A stretch of 64,000 bases of DNA, taken from positions 20,646,001 to 20,710,000 of the forward strand of contig NW_027361698.1 in the NCBI RefSeq assembly GCF_039654945.1. The letters run 5' to 3'. The translations under genes and the position numbers were made by a program. Of the stretch, positions 25,510 through 39,207 are shown one piece after another. The notes below the pieces were generated by a model. It was not told where the DNA came from. It made no database searches and saw nothing but the letters and a program-made list of their open reading frames with translations. How positions within the stretch are numbered: the stretch's first letter is position 1; each line of letters starts with the position of its first letter. Origin of the DNA: Dendrobates tinctorius (taxonomy: Eukaryota).

Positions 25510-26565
25510 ACCATACACCTTACATGTATGGCGCGCACACCTCATACACACATGGTTCTGCTTTTTATGCCTCGTGCACACACGGCTCCACTCTGTACAC
25601 CTCACACACACATGGCTACACTCCATAAACCTCGTACACATGCGGCTCTGCTCCGTATACCTTTTACACACGTGGCCACGATCTGTACACCTTGTACACA
25701 CATGGATCCACTCCGCAAACTTTGCACACATGCGGCTTTGCTCCATACACCTCGTACACACGTGGTTCCGCTCCATACACACGCGGCTCCACACCGTACA
25801 CACACGGCTCAGCTCCGTACACTTCATACACACAGGGCTCCGTTTTGTACGCTCCATACACACACAGCTCCACTCCATACAACCCGTACACATGCGGCTC
25901 CACTCTGTACACCCCGCACACACGCGGCTCCGCTCCGTACACCCCGTACTCAAGCGGCTCCGCTCCGTACACCCCGTAAACACATTGCTCCGCTCCGTAC
26001 ACATGTGGCTCCACTCCGTACACCTCGTACACATGCGGCTCCGCTCTGTACACCTCACATACACGGCTGCACTCAGTACACACATGGCTCAACTCTGTAA
26101 ACCTCATAAACATGCCGCTCTGCTCCGTACACCTTTTACACACGTGGCCACGCTCTGTACACCTTGTACACACACGGCTCCACTCCGTAAACCTTGTACA
26201 CATGCGGCTTTGCTCCATACATCTCGTACACACGCGGCTCCGCTCCGTACACCCCGTACACCTCATACACACGCAACTCCGCTCTGTACACACATGGCTC
26301 TGCTCCGTACACACGCGACTCCGCTCTGTACACCTCGTACACACGCGACTCCGCTCTGTACACACATGGCTCTGCTCCGTACAGCTCCGCTCCATACGGC
26401 TCCGCTCCGTACACCTCGTACACGCGCTGCTCCGCTCTGTACACCTCGTACACGTGCGGCTCCGCTCCGTACACCTCGCAAACACATGGCTCCGCGCCGT
26501 ACACACACGGCTCTGCTTCTTACACCTTGCACACACGCGGCTCTGCTACATCCACCCTGTAAACC
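25510..26565. repeat. minisatellite, about 20-30-bp unit (CACACGCGGCTCCGCTCCGTACACCTCGTA)
   Basis: Dozens of degenerate tandem copies. Confidence 0.92.
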
Positions 26566-27049
26566 TCCCCTGACCCCACACAAACTTATTTCATCCAGCA
26601 CCATGACAACCAGCACAGCAGAGTTCTGCATTCACTAAGGGTAGAGGCTAAATCCAAGTCAGCTAAAGGACCTCTGCTGACGTCATGCCCATGTGACCAG
26701 AAGGGGTGTCGCCTCTTCCTCCATAGAGCAGAGACAACTAGGAAGCTGTGGATTTCATGGTGGGATTTAGCCACAACCATACACTGAGGGTTGTACGCAC
26801 AGGACCTGTGATGAGGTCACAAGAGGGGATCAGTCAGGAGTCACATGATCAGGGGGCCCTGACTCCTTCCCTCCTGTGATCTCTTCAATTACAAGTCTCT
26901 CCACGCTACCGCAGCACCAGCGTACAGAGGCTAAATTGTAGGTGCTGTGGGTAGCAGAGCGCAGAATGCCGCACCCTGGGGTCTGCCGCCTGAGCCATAA
27001 GCCCAATGGCCTCATTATAGGTGCGGCACTGCTGCGGTGACACAAACTA

Positions 27050-27823
27050 CCGTATTTTCCTGAGTATAAGATGACTGGGCGTACAAGACGACCCCCCAAC
27101 TTTTCCAGTTAAAATAGAAAATCTTCTTAAAAGTCGGGGGTCTTCTTATATGTCGTGTGTCATCTTATATGCCGGGTGTGGAGCAATCTGCATATGGCGG
27201 GGGAGTGGTCCTGATGACGAAGGGAGGGTGTAAGTGGAGTTATCAGCCCCCTTTTACCTCACTGGTGGCAGCGGTGCTATCTGCGGGTCTCTCCTGGGGG
27301 TCAGCGGCTCCTTCAGCAGTGTGGCGGCTCTGTGGTGGGGGTCGGTGGCAGCTCCTCTTTGTGCAGCGTGGGGGCTCTGTGCTAGGGGGCGGCTGCGGCG
27401 GCTCTTTGTCCAGCGTCGGGGTTCCGAGATCTGAATCTGAGCTGCGCAGGCTCCAGTGGCCATTTTCCCGGAGGCCACTGCATCGCAGCAATGGAGCTGC
27501 CTGGGACTCCGGGCTTTGGGGAGATGCCGGAGGAGCCCCGAAGCTGGACAAAGAGCCGCCGCAGCCACCCCCCAGCACAGCGCCCCCGTGCTGCACAAAG
27601 AGGAGCCGCCGCCACACTGCTGAAGGAGGAGGAGCCGCTGCACCGCTGCCACCAATGAGGTAAAAGGGGGATGACACCACTTACACCCTCCCTTCTTCAT
27701 CGGGACCAATCCCCCACCATATGCACTCAGTGTATAAGACGACACCCGGCGTATAAGACAACCCCCGACTTGTAAGAATTTTTTCAGGGGTTAAAAGGTC
27801 GTCTTATATGCCGGAAAATACGG
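27050..27823. mobile_element. pogo/Tigger-type MITE with GC-rich internal palindrome
   Basis: TA-CCGTATTTTCC..GTATAAGA ... TCTTATATGCCGGAAAATACGG-TA. Confidence 0.8.
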
Positions 27824-28558
27824 TAAATCTCTGAGCACTTCCAAATACTCAGACTACCCGAGCATGGTCGGAAAAACCCGAGCAACGAGCACACTCGCTC
27901 ATCGCTAGAACTTGTGGTCATAAATTTCTAAGTTTTTTTTTCTTCAAATTAAATGGAAAAATGTCCATCTTTTCCCTTCTGATCTATGATCTGCAGTGAG
28001 TACTATATATAAGTGATTTCCAAGTCGCTGCATTCTTATATTCTTTTACATTTTACACAGCGCTCAACTTTGTTATTGGGGTTGTATTTAAACTGTAGAA
28101 ATTTGATATTGATCCAATTTCTACTTTCAATTTTCAGTTTGAGATGCCGATTTGTGCAAAGGATTAGCAACATTGTCATTCAATGGGTTTTATCCCAACT
28201 TTTCTATAAAAAAAAACTAGCCCAAAATAAGTAGGTTACAAAAAAATATTGCTTTGTGTGTAAACCAGTCGGATTGCCGCCTGATTATATAATAAACAAT
28301 CTTTGGAAAAAAAAAGTCCTATGTGACTTAACCTGTAGAGATTTCCGCACACAGCAGTAATTGTGTGGCCTGAATTAATGATATGCTAGGCTTGTTTATT
28401 CATAGTCAGAGCTGCTTGTCTGGGAAAGAACTCCCTGGATGAGAAAAACGTATCGAACCGAGTTCTTATTAGAGAGTATGGGGAACAAAACCAGTTTTTC
28501 TGCTAGACAGTCGATAAATCAGGCCCAATCTATGCATTTAGCATGCCATAGTTGCTTA

Positions 28559-28726
28559 GGGCTCATACTCACTTGCGAGAGACTCGCACGATTCCTGGCA
28601 CTGCCGCCGGCACTCGGACCGGAGCGTGCATAGAAACACATGTAGCCGCACGCTCCGGTCCGGGTGCCGGCAGCAGTGCCAGGTTTTCATCTGAGAGACT
28701 CGCACGAGAATCATGAGTATGAGCCC
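28559..28726. mobile_element. Harbinger-type MITE
   Basis: TTA-GGGCTCATACTCA ... TGAGTATGAGCCC-TTA. Confidence 0.75.
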
Positions 28727-28969
28727 TTACTGTGGAAAAAAGGAAATTTTCACAGAGACATCATTGATGATAAAGTCCGAAATGAAGAATATCATATTAT
28801 AAAATGTGTAGGCAATGCCCTCAGCCGAGTGCCCTTCAGTCCTGCATTTCTGGGGTATATAATGTAAAAATTAATTGTGCCCGATATTAGTAAAACCTAC
28901 AGTATAGCCTAAATTAGCCTAATTTTTATACATGACGCCATGCATGTATATATGTTTATACATGAATTA

Positions 28970-29351
28970 GGCTCTGTGCACACGGTGCGGATTCTGCTGC
29001 GGATCCGCAGCGGATTTGGCCTTGCGGATCTGCAGCAGAACTGCATGTGATGTACAGTACCATTACAGCCTATGTAAATCAAAATCCGCTGTGCGCATGC
29101 TGCGTTTTTTCCATGCAGATTTGCTGCGGATTGAAAAATGCAGCATGTCACTTCTTTTGTGTGGATTTGCTGCAGTTTTCCACCTGCTCCATTCTAGAAA
29201 TCCACAGGTGGAAAACCGCACAAAAAATGCAGTAAATCCGCAGTAAATCGGCACTAAAACAGCAGGTAAAATGCAGGTCATTTTACCTGCGGATTTAGTA
29301 CAATCTGCACGGAAAATTCCTCAGCAGATTCCGCGCCGTGTGCACACAGCC
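28970..29351. mobile_element. Harbinger-type MITE
   Basis: TTA-GGCTCTGTGCACACGG ... CCGTGTGCACACAGCC-TTA. Confidence 0.75.
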
Positions 29352-29459
29352 TTACACGATTATATATATAATATACACTGTATATATTAAACACTTGGAT
29401 CAAAGCTTTAAAATCTTTGCAACTCTGCACATTGGCTGGAAAGGGTTATCTGTCTTTAA

Positions 29460-32400
29460 CCCCTTCCTGACATCAGACGTACTATCCCGTCCATGGGACC
29501 CGGGCCACTATGCCCATGGACGGGATAGTACGTCTACCGCGATCAGCGGCGCCCACGTCGTGAGCGCCGCTGATCGCGGCCGGGTGTCAGCTGATTATCA
29601 CAGCTGACACCCGGCACAATGTGTCAGGGGCGGTCACGGACTGCCCCCGACACGTTAACCCCTTGCACACCGCGATCAAACATGATCGCGGTGTACCGGG
29701 AGTTAAAGGGAAGCATCGGCAGGGAGGGGGCTCCCTCCGTGCTTCCCTGAGCCCCCCACGGCAGCGCAATGTGCAGCGCTGCTGCGGGGGGCTCCTTTCC
29801 TGCAGGCCCCCGAATCCAAGATGGCGACGGGGGCCTTCGGGGGCCTGCAGGAAGCTGGCTTCCTCAGTGCCTGCAAAGCGCAGACATGAGGAAGCCTTCT
29901 GCACTGCCTGTGACAGATCGCTGATCTGTCACAGTGATCTGTGATGTGACAGATCAGCGATCTGTCACAGGACAGTGATGTCCCACCTGGGACTATTTAA
30001 TAAAGTTAAAAAAAAATAAAAAAAATGTTAAAATAAATTTAAAAAAAATCGCCAAATAAATTAGAAAAAAAAAAAAATATTCCCCCAAATAAATCCATTT
30101 CTTGGAAATAAAAAAAAACAAAACAATAAAAGTACACATATTAGGTATCGCCGCGTCCATAACGACCTGCCCTATAAAACTGTCCCATTAGTTAACCCCT
30201 TTAGCGAACCCCTTAAAAAATAAAAATAAAAAACAAAGCAAAAAATAATGATTTATTATCATACCGCCAAACAAAAAGTGTAATAATGCGCGATCAAAAA
30301 GACGCATATAAATATCCATGGTACCGCTGAAAACGTCATCTTGTCCCGCAAAAAAAGAGCCGCCACACAGCATCATCAGCGAAAAAATAAAAAAATTATA
30401 GCTCGCAGAATAAAGCGATGCAAAAATAATTATTTTTTATATAAAAACATAAAAAAAACGACCTAAATGAGGTATCGCTGTAATCGTACTGACCCGAAGA
30501 ATAAAACCGCTTTATCAATTTTATCGCACGCGGAACGGTGTAAACGCACCCCCCCAAAAGAAATTCATGAAACGCTGGTTTTTGTTCATTCTGCGTCCCA
30601 AAAATCAGAATAAAAAGCGATCAAAAACTGTCACATGCCCGAAAATGGTACCAATAAAAACGTCAACTCGTCCCGCAAAAAATAAGACCTCATATGACTC
30701 GGTGGGTCAAAATACGGAAAAATTATAGCTCTCAATATGTGGTGATGCAAAAACTATTTTTACAATAAAAAGCGTCTTTTAGCGTGTGACAGCTGCCAAA
30801 CATAAAAACCGCCATAAATAGTAAATCAAACCCCCCGTTATCACCCCCTTAGTTAGGGAAAAATAATAAAATAAAAAAAATGTATTTATTTCCATTTTTC
30901 CATTAGGGCAAGGGTTAGGGCTAGGGTTAGGGTAGGGTTAGGGTTAGGGCTGAGATTAGGGTTAGGGGTGTGTTGGGGTTCGGGTTGGAGTTCGAATTGG
31001 GGGTTTCCACTGTTTGGGCACATCAGGGGCTCTCCAAATGCAACATGGCGTCTGATCTCAATTCCAGCCAATTCTGAGTTGAAAAAGTCAAATGGTGCTC
31101 CTTCCCTTCCAAGCTCTGCCATGCGCCCAAACATCAAATTGAAAAACAATTTTTGGGGTCCAATTTCTCCTGTTACCCTTAGGAAAATAAAAAATTGGGG
31201 GCAAAAATATCATTTTTGTGGAAAAAAATGATTTTTTTTATTTTCACGTCCGAGCGTTATAAACTTCTGTGAAGCACTTGGGGGTTCAAAGTGCTCACCA
31301 CACATCTAGATAAGTTCCGTGGGGGGTCTAGTGTCCAAAATGGGGTCACTTGTGGGGAGTTTCAATAGTTTAGGTACATCAGGGGCTCTCGAAACGCACA
31401 TGACACCTGCAGACCATTCCATCAAAGTCTGCATTCCAAAACGTCACTGCTTCCCTTCCGAGCCCCGACGTGTGTCCATACAGTAGTTTTCTCCCACATA
31501 TGGGGTGTCAGCGTACTCATGACAAATTGGACAACAACTTTTGGGGTCCAATTTCTCCTGTTACCCTTGGGAAAATGAAAAAATTGGGGACTAATTGATC
31601 ATGTTTGTGGAAAAAAATGATTTTTTTATTTTCATGCCCGGGCATTATAAACTTCTGTGAAGCCCTTGTGGGTTCAAAGTGCTCACCACACATCTAGATA
31701 AGTTCCTTAGGGGGTCTCGTTTCCAAAATGGGGTCATTTGTGGGGGTTTCCACTGTTTAGGTACATTAGGGGCTCTCCAAAGGCAATATGACACCCGCAG
31801 ACCATTCCATCAAAGTCTGCATTCCAAAACGTCACTACTTCCCTTCCGAGCCCTGACGTGTGTCCATACAGTAGTTTTCTCCCACATATGGGGTGTCAGC
31901 GTACTCAGGACAAATTGGACAACAACTTTTGGGGTTCAATTTCTCCTGTTACCCTTGGGAAAATAGAAAATTGGGGACTAATTGATCATGTTTGTGGAAA
32001 AAATACGATTTTTTTATTTTCATGCCCTGGCATTATAAACTTCTGTGAAGCCTTTGGGGGTTCAAAGTGCTCACCTCACATCTAGATAAGTTCCTTAGGG
32101 GGTCTAGTTTTCAAAATGGGGTCATTTGTGGGGGGTTTCCACTGTTTAGGTACATTAGGGGCTCTCCAAAGGCAACATGACACCCGCAGACCATTCCATC
32201 AAAGTCTGCATTCCAAAACGTCACTACTTCCCTTTCGAGCCCCGACGTGTGCCCATACAGTAGTTTTCTCCCACATATGGGGTATCAGCATACTCAGGAC
32301 AAATTGGACAACAACTTTTGGGTCCAATTTCTCCTGGTACCCTTGGGAAAATAAAAAAATGGTGACTAAAAGATCATGTTTGTGGAAAAAATACGAATTT

Positions 32401-34068
32401 TTTATTTTCACGCCTGGGCGTTATAAACTTCTGTGAAGCACTGGGGGTCTAGCTTACAAAATGGTGTCATTTGTGGGGGGTTTCCCCTGTTTAGGTACAT
32501 CAGGGGTTTTCCAATCGCGACATGGTGTCCGATCTCAATTCCAGCCAAAAACGTCAAATGGCGCTGCTTCCCTTCCGAGCTCTGCCATGCGCCCAAATAG
32601 TGGTTTACCCCCACATGTGGGGTATCAGCATACTCAGGACAAATTGCACAATAACTTTTAGGGTCCTGTTACCCTTGGAAAAATAAGAATTGAGGGTGAA
32701 AAGATCATTTTTGTGGAAAAAATATGATTTTTTAATTGTACGGCTGTATGTTATAAACTTCTGTGAAGCCCTTGGGGGTTCAAAGTTCTCACCACACATC
32801 TAGATAAGTTCCTTAGGGGTCTAGTTTCCAAAATGGTGTCATTTGTGGGGGGTTTCCACTGTTTTGGTACATCAGGGGTTTTCCAATGGCGACATGATGT
32901 CCGATCTCAATTCCAGCCAAAAACGTCAAATGGCGCTGCTTCCCTTCAGAGCTCTGCCATGCGCCCAAATAGTGGTTTACCCCCACATGTGGGGTATCAG
33001 CGTACTCAGGACAAATTGCACAATAACTTTTAGGGTCCTGTTACCCTTGGGAAAATAAAAATTGGGGTGAAAAGATCATTTTTGTGGAAAAAATATGATT
33101 TTTTAATTGTATCGCTGTACTTTATAAACTTCTGTAAAGCCCTTGTGGGTTCAAAGTTCTCACCACATATCTAGATAAGTTCCTTGGGGGGTCTAGTTTC
33201 CAAAATGGGGTCACTTGAAGGGGGTTTCCACTGTTTAGGTACATCAGGGACTCTCCAAACGTGACATGGCGTCCGATCTGAATTCCAGCCAATTTTGCAT
33301 TGAAAAAGTCAAACGGCGCTCCTTCCATTCTGAGCTCTGCCATGCGCCGAAACAGTCGTTCCCCCCCACATATCAGGTATCAGCATACTCAGGACAAATT
33401 GCACAATAACTTTTGCAGTCCAATTACTCCTGTTACCCTTGGTAAAATAAAAAAAATTGAACCTGAAGTATTTTTTTTGTGAAAAAAAGTTAGATGTTCA
33501 TTTTTTTTTTAAATATTCAAAAAAATTCCTGTGACGCACCTAAAGGGTTAATAAAATTCTTGAATGTGGTTTTGAGCACCTTATGGGGTGCAGTTTTTAG
33601 AATGGTGTCACTTTTGGGTATTTTCTATCATATAGACCCCTCAAAGTGGCTTCAAATGTGATGTGGTCCTAAAAATAAAATGGTGTTGTAAAAATGAGAA
33701 ATCGCTGGTCAAATTTTAACCCTTATAACTTCCTAACAAAAAAAAATTTTGGTTCCAAAATTGTGCTGATGTAAAGTAAACATGTGGGAAATGTTAGTTA
33801 TCAAGTTTTTTGTGTGCCGTATCTCTGTGATTTAAGGGCATAAAAATTCAAAGTTGGAAAATTTCCGTTTTTCTCACAAATAAACGCAAGTTATTTGAAT
33901 GAAATTTTACCACTAACAATATGTACAATATGTCACGAGAAAACAATGTCAGAATCACCGGGATCCATGGAAGCGTTCCAGAGTTATGACCTCATAAAGG
34001 TACAGTGGTCAGAATTGTAAAAATTGGCCCGGTCATGAACGTGCAAACCACCCTTGGGGGTGAAGGGG
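29460..34068 (+). mobile_element. non-autonomous piggyBac-like element with telomere-like tract (about 30902-30990) and tandem subrepeats
   Basis: TTAA-CCCCTTC ... GAAGGGG-TTAA; homologous to 13184-17053 and 48190-52006. Confidence 0.8.
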
Positions 34069-34590
34069 TTAAACCACATCAACCCAAAAAATACAGAAAG
34101 GTTCTTTTTTTTTAAAAAAAATGTTTTACTTTCTGATTGTAGATTTCTCTTTTAGTTTTCTGAACATGATTTTGAGGATGGGTATCTCGTCTAAGGCCTC
34201 TTTCACACATCAGGTTTTCGCCGTCAGGCGCGATCCGGCGCTTTTGACAGAAACCGGATCCGGCGAAATGCAATGCCGGATCCGGTTTCCCCCCCATTGA
34301 CTTGCATTTGCGCCGGATCGCGCCGGATGGCCATGCGTTTCATCCGGTTTTCGCCGGATCCGGCAATGTGTCGCGATCCGGCGTCTGGAAAAAACGGTGA
34401 CTGTAACGTTTTTTGTCTCCGGCGAAAAAGCCGGACACGCCGGATCCGGCGCGTCCGGCTTTTTCACACAATGAAAGCCTATGAGCGCCGCAATGCGCCG
34501 GATCCGGTTTTTTGGTCTGAGCATGCTCAGTAGCTCTGCCCACAAGACATATATAAAAGCAAGACAGTGGGACCCACAGCCACACCCAAC

Positions 34591-37325
34591 ATGCCACCCA
34601 AGAAAGCAACCAAGCGAAGCAGGAGAAGGCAGGAGACCACTGCAGCACCATCCGCACCACCACCACCCCAAATGGAGCAGCAAATGGAACATGCTGAGGA
34701 GGGGAGGCCAGCAGCAGATGAGAGACGGTAATTATCAAATAACCCATTCCTCCAAACTAGGGCTATTGAATATCAAGATATTCATTGGCCCTTTGTTTCT
34801 CTTTATTCAACAGCCGCCCAATAGATGCAGCAGCAGCAGCAATGGCAGCAGCTGGAACACCACCCACAGGCATGGAGTGTGGCCACCAGGAAGACAGCAC
34901 ATCATCTTCTGGGAGCCCTCCCTCGCATCGTCAGCGTTTGACGGTAAGTTTTTATTTCCAAAATCCATCTTCTCTGTAATATATGTCTATTCATTGCCTT
35001 TTATTTCAAAACAGGAATCACAAGATGAAGAGGAGCTCCCAGAAGAAGAAGGAAGGGGTGGACAGACACCTGGAGTGGGCTCACAATTGGTAAGTTTTTT
35101 GCATCAAACGCAGAAACACAACATCACACTACACACAACACATAGAAAACAATGTTCTGCAGACCACACACAGCAAACAAATGCCTACATCCAAAGACAT
35201 AACATTTTTTGTTTTCTTCTCTAGTCTTCCCAATCTGGTGCTTGGCCAAGAGGTCCTCGCAGTGCCTCCCAGGGTCGTCGGCGACAGCAACGCGGCGGTC
35301 ACCAGCGTGTAAGTATAAATATTTTTGCTTTGTTTTTTTGCACTTTTTATTTCATTTCTTTTGTGGAGGCTAATTATGTTATTTTTGTCTTTTTCTTTAA
35401 CAGCCTTCACAGCGTGCTCCCGACTCTGACGGTGAGGATGGAGGGATTGATGTGGACCGCCTCATCGATCTCGTCAGAGAAAGGGAGCCGCTCTGGAATA
35501 TGGCTGACCGCCGCCACGCTGACCTGATCGTTACCCGACGACTCTGGGAGGTAATCTGTTCGCTCCTTGTGGGCCGCTGGGAGGACCTCGAAGCTCGGGC
35601 CCAGATTAAAGAGCGTAAGTATATACAGTACCGGTTGCTTGATGTAAACCAGTGTTTCCCGAACTCCAGTCCTCGTGGTCCCCACGGATCATGTGTTCAG
35701 GATTTCTATTTACTATGGAAATCCTGAAAACATGACCCCTGGGGACCATGAGGACTGGAGTTTGGGAAACACTGATGTTGTATACTAACCACTCCTTTCT
35801 CGTTTCAGGGAACAGAATTGTGAATCGGTGGCGGTCTGTGAGAGATCGTTTCAAGAAGGAGTTCAATAAAGAGATGCGGGCCCCGAGTGGATCTGGAGGA
35901 CGCAGGAGCAAGTACAAGTACGCAGAAGCCCTGTCGTTCCTCCGGGAAACAATGGTCACCAGAAGGTAAATATTACACACCACATGTGAAAAAAAATGTT
36001 ATATGTAAATTTTTTTTTCAGCCAGGGCCATACCATGTCAGTATTTTAATTGTTTTTTTTTCTCTTTATTCCACAGCACGGTGAGCAGCACTCGGGAGCC
36101 GGCACGATTGGACCCTTCTGAGGCGATCCCTGAGGAGACCGGCACCGAGGGACACTTCGACCGCCCCGGTACATCTGCACCTTCCCAGCCTTCCCACACA
36201 TTCGACCCATCTGTCCCATCCACCAGCACAGGAGCATCGTGGCCGCCTACATTACATGAAGCTGCTGGTGAGGAGATCGATTTCCCTTTACCCCACCCTT
36301 CTGCCCCTGCCACCTCTAGTACACCTGCGGGTACTGGGCGGCAGCGGCAGAGGGGTCAGGAAAAGACTTATGCGCCAGAGTTCTTGCATCTGAATGCATC
36401 TTTCCAGAACTGTCTAAAAATCTTGTCAGAGCAAATCTCCGCAGGCTATCAGCAGATCAACTCCAGCATTCTGGAGGTGAAGACACTTCTGCAAACCATG
36501 CATTCAGAAGCAAGATCTTCGCCAAACCACACCTTTTTCAGGTCTGTTGTGGAGCGCATGGAAACGCTCTCTCCTGCCCAGCAGATGCATGTAATGCATT
36601 CATGCCACGCTGCTCTCCAGCAAGTTACCTCCCAACCTCCTCCTCCTCCCACCACAGTAGTTCCTCCACCTGCACCCCCTCCAGCCACTTTCCATCCTCC
36701 CCCTCCTATTACATCTACACCCCCTCCAGCCACTTTCCATCCTCCCCCTCCTATTACATACCATCCACCTCCAGCCACTTTCCATCCTCCCCCTCCTATT
36801 ACATACCATCCACCTCCCCAGCACCATCCACCTCCCCAGCACCATCCACCTCCCCAGCACCATCCACCTCCCCAGCACCATCCACCTCCCCAGCACCATC
36901 CACCTCCCCAGCACCAGCAACCTCCCCAGCACCAGCAACCTCCCCAGTACCAGCAACCTCCCCAGTACCAGACATCTCCCCACTTCCAGCAACCTGCCCC
37001 GTACCAGACATCTCCCCACTTCCAGCAACCTGCCCCGTACCAGACATCTCCCCACTTCCAGCAACCTGCCCCGTACCAAACTCCTTCCCCATACAACTTG
37101 CCATCAACATCATCTGCTCCTACAGTCCCTGCCCAACCCTCCACTCCACCACCCACCACCTCTTCTGCTTCCCACATGTCCACCCATTCTGTAGTTTTTT
37201 CCACACCTTCACCTCTAACTGTTCCTTCCCCACCACGATCCCAGTCCTCTCTCCACACTCCCAGTGTCGAAGTGTCCCGCAGCCCCTACAGCAGTATTTC
37301 CACCACACACTACACAGATTTATAA
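34591..37325 (+). CDS. Harbinger MADF/Myb-like DNA-binding protein, 7 exons (34591-34727, 34814-34943, 35015-35089, 35225-35308, 35404-35614, 35809-35965, 36077-37325), about 680 aa
   Basis: All introns are GT-AG and the spliced frame stays open. MADF signature LIDLVREREPLWN...LWEVIC...RWRSVRDRFKKE...YKYAEALSFL. TATA at about 34550 and AATAAA at about 37338. Confidence 0.88.
35650..35774. mobile_element. small hAT-type MITE in intron 5 of the MADF gene
   Basis: CAGTGTTTCCC..ACTCCAGTCCTC ... GAGGACTGGAGTTTGGGAAACACTG palindrome. Confidence 0.75.
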
Positions 37326-37824
37326 TGTGTGTATTTAAATAAAAATGACCAGTTTTATGGTTTCAGTTTTATAGTTTCAAAGTTTTATTAAACAAGTTTA
37401 TTAAAATTTTAAAAAAGTTTACTAAAAAAAACATTTTTCAATAAAAGTTAAATTATTTTACACTGGTTGTCTGTCATTTCTTTCTGCGGCGAAAAAGGTT
37501 AAATACAGGGTATTTAAAAGGTGAAATGGTATTCAAAACTAGGTATATAACTGTGGGTAAATTTTAGCTTTTTGCCACAGTTGTGTTCCTGGTTGTGTTT
37601 GAAGCAAAGTATTTCACCTAAAAAGTTGTGTTTATTGTTGGTGATTTCCTAACAATGTACACAACTTTTGTTAAAAGGTGAAATACTTTGCTAAAACACA
37701 ACCAGGTACACACCTGTGGCCTAAAGCTAAAAATAGAGACCATGACAAGATAGCCAACTTTGGTTGGCAAAGGTATATACTGTTGGTACAGAAGGTACAC
37801 AAGTTTGGTTAGGGCACAAATCTT

Positions 37825-39207
37825 TCACACTCTGTCATCCTGCCAGTGTACTCTGCCTTGAGGTGACATAAAGTATAGTGCAAAATTGTCCCTCATTACT
37901 GAAACCGTCACAGAACTTCTAGTGGTAATGTCATGGTAATCTTGCAAGGTGGTTTCTTCAGAGGTGTCCTCAATGGAAATGGGTTCCTTGCAGATAACAA
38001 AATTGTGGAGTACCACGCACGCTTTGATCACCTTGTCCACAGTTTCTGTCTTGAGGTTGATCGCAGTCAATAGGACCCGCCATTTGGCTGTCAGAATACC
38101 AAAGGTACATTCAACCATTCTTCTTGCTCTTGTGAGGCGGTAATTAAAAATGCGTTTTGGTCTTGTCAATCCTCTGCTAGAGTACGGTTTCAAAAGGTGT
38201 TCTGACAGCTGTAAGGCTTCATCCCCTACACAGACAAATGGCATAGGTGGACCAGATGTTTGCGGCAGCGGTCTAGGTGGTGGGAACTGGAAGGTGTTTC
38301 CATACAGTTTATGCCCCATGGCAGACAGTTTGAAAACTTGAGAGTCATTGGAGCGGCCATAGGCCCCAATATCAACCGCAATAAATTTGTATTCCGCGTC
38401 AGCGATGGCTATGAGGACAATTGAAAAATATTTCTTGTAATTGAAATATTCCGATCCCGATCCAGCTGGCTTTACAATGCGGATATGTTTCCCGTCCACA
38501 GCGCCCAAGCAGTTTGGAAACTGACATATCTGTTGAAACTTGTCAGCAATTTCAATCCACCTCTCTGTTGTGGGCTCTGGTAAAAACTCTTCAGCTAAGG
38601 AGTCCCACAGTGCACGGCATGTGTACTTCACAATTCCAGATATGGTGGAAATCCCGAGTCTGTACTGGAAATGCAGTGACGAAAGGGATTCTCCAGTTGC
38701 AAGAAATCTGTGGGGAATTAAAAAACAATAAATTAGTTTTAAATCACAGCATTACATACCAAAACTGACCTATAACACTTGGAGATACAAATTACCACCA
38801 ACAAGATTGCAGTGAAAGTGTGCTCTGATGCGATCATATCCAATAAATGTGGCTTACCTTAAAGTCACCATCAGACGCTCTGCGGGTGAAACAGAGAAGC
38901 GGCAATAGGTGTCCGCTTTTCTTATGAGGTGTGCAATGCGCTCCACCAAGTAATCAAAATTCTCCATTTTCATCCTAACATATCCAAAAAATTTATCCGG
39001 GTTTCGTCGAAGGTCCATGCATAGTGTAGAATAGACCCCACGCGTCATTCTCTTGGCTGTGATGGGGTGGATCCACAAACGTCGTCTACGATGCCTGATG
39101 CGCTGCTGTCTCGCTCTCTCCTTCTCCAGAACAATCACCCTCAAACGATTTGCCTCCGCTGTAAAATCCGCCAAATTCTTCAAAATATTTCCAATGACAA
39201 CATCCAT
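37825..39207 (-). CDS. Harbinger DDE transposase (HARBI1-like), 2 exons (39207-38858 and 38707-37825), about 410 aa
   Basis: RRLWIHP, ERLMVTLR|FLATG across a GT-AG intron, FPNCLGAVDGKH, YFNYKKYFS, VGDEA, RRMVECTFG. No stops. Confidence 0.93.

Larger units (their letters stand above)
22995..27031. mobile_element. non-autonomous hAT-type composite element
   Basis: Exact 8-bp target duplication CTGCGGTG (22987-22994 and 27032-27039); imperfect CAG...CTG TIRs. Confidence 0.75.
22716..28084. mobile_element. non-autonomous Tc1-type element, outer shell of a nested TE stack
   Basis: TA-CAACCCCAA ... TTGGGGTTG-TA termini. Confidence 0.65.

Noticed and set aside
25375-26638. Overlapping repetitive ORFs; CRISPR-like appearance
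   Set aside because: Degenerate minisatellite with no unique spacers; eukaryotic context with no cas genes.
28333-28369. Possible short minus-strand exon (HTITAVCGNLYR) as casp6 exon 2
   Set aside because: Weak splice signals; the 22550-22592 exon has the TETD motif and better sites.
36449-37342. W/G/C-rich antisense ORF and PST-rich alternative-frame ORF
   Set aside because: Shadow frames of the Pro/Gln/His repeat in the MADF gene's last exon.
37825-39207. Domesticated HARBI1 gene
   Set aside because: Lies between TIRs with a target duplication and a MADF partner, so it is a transposon copy.
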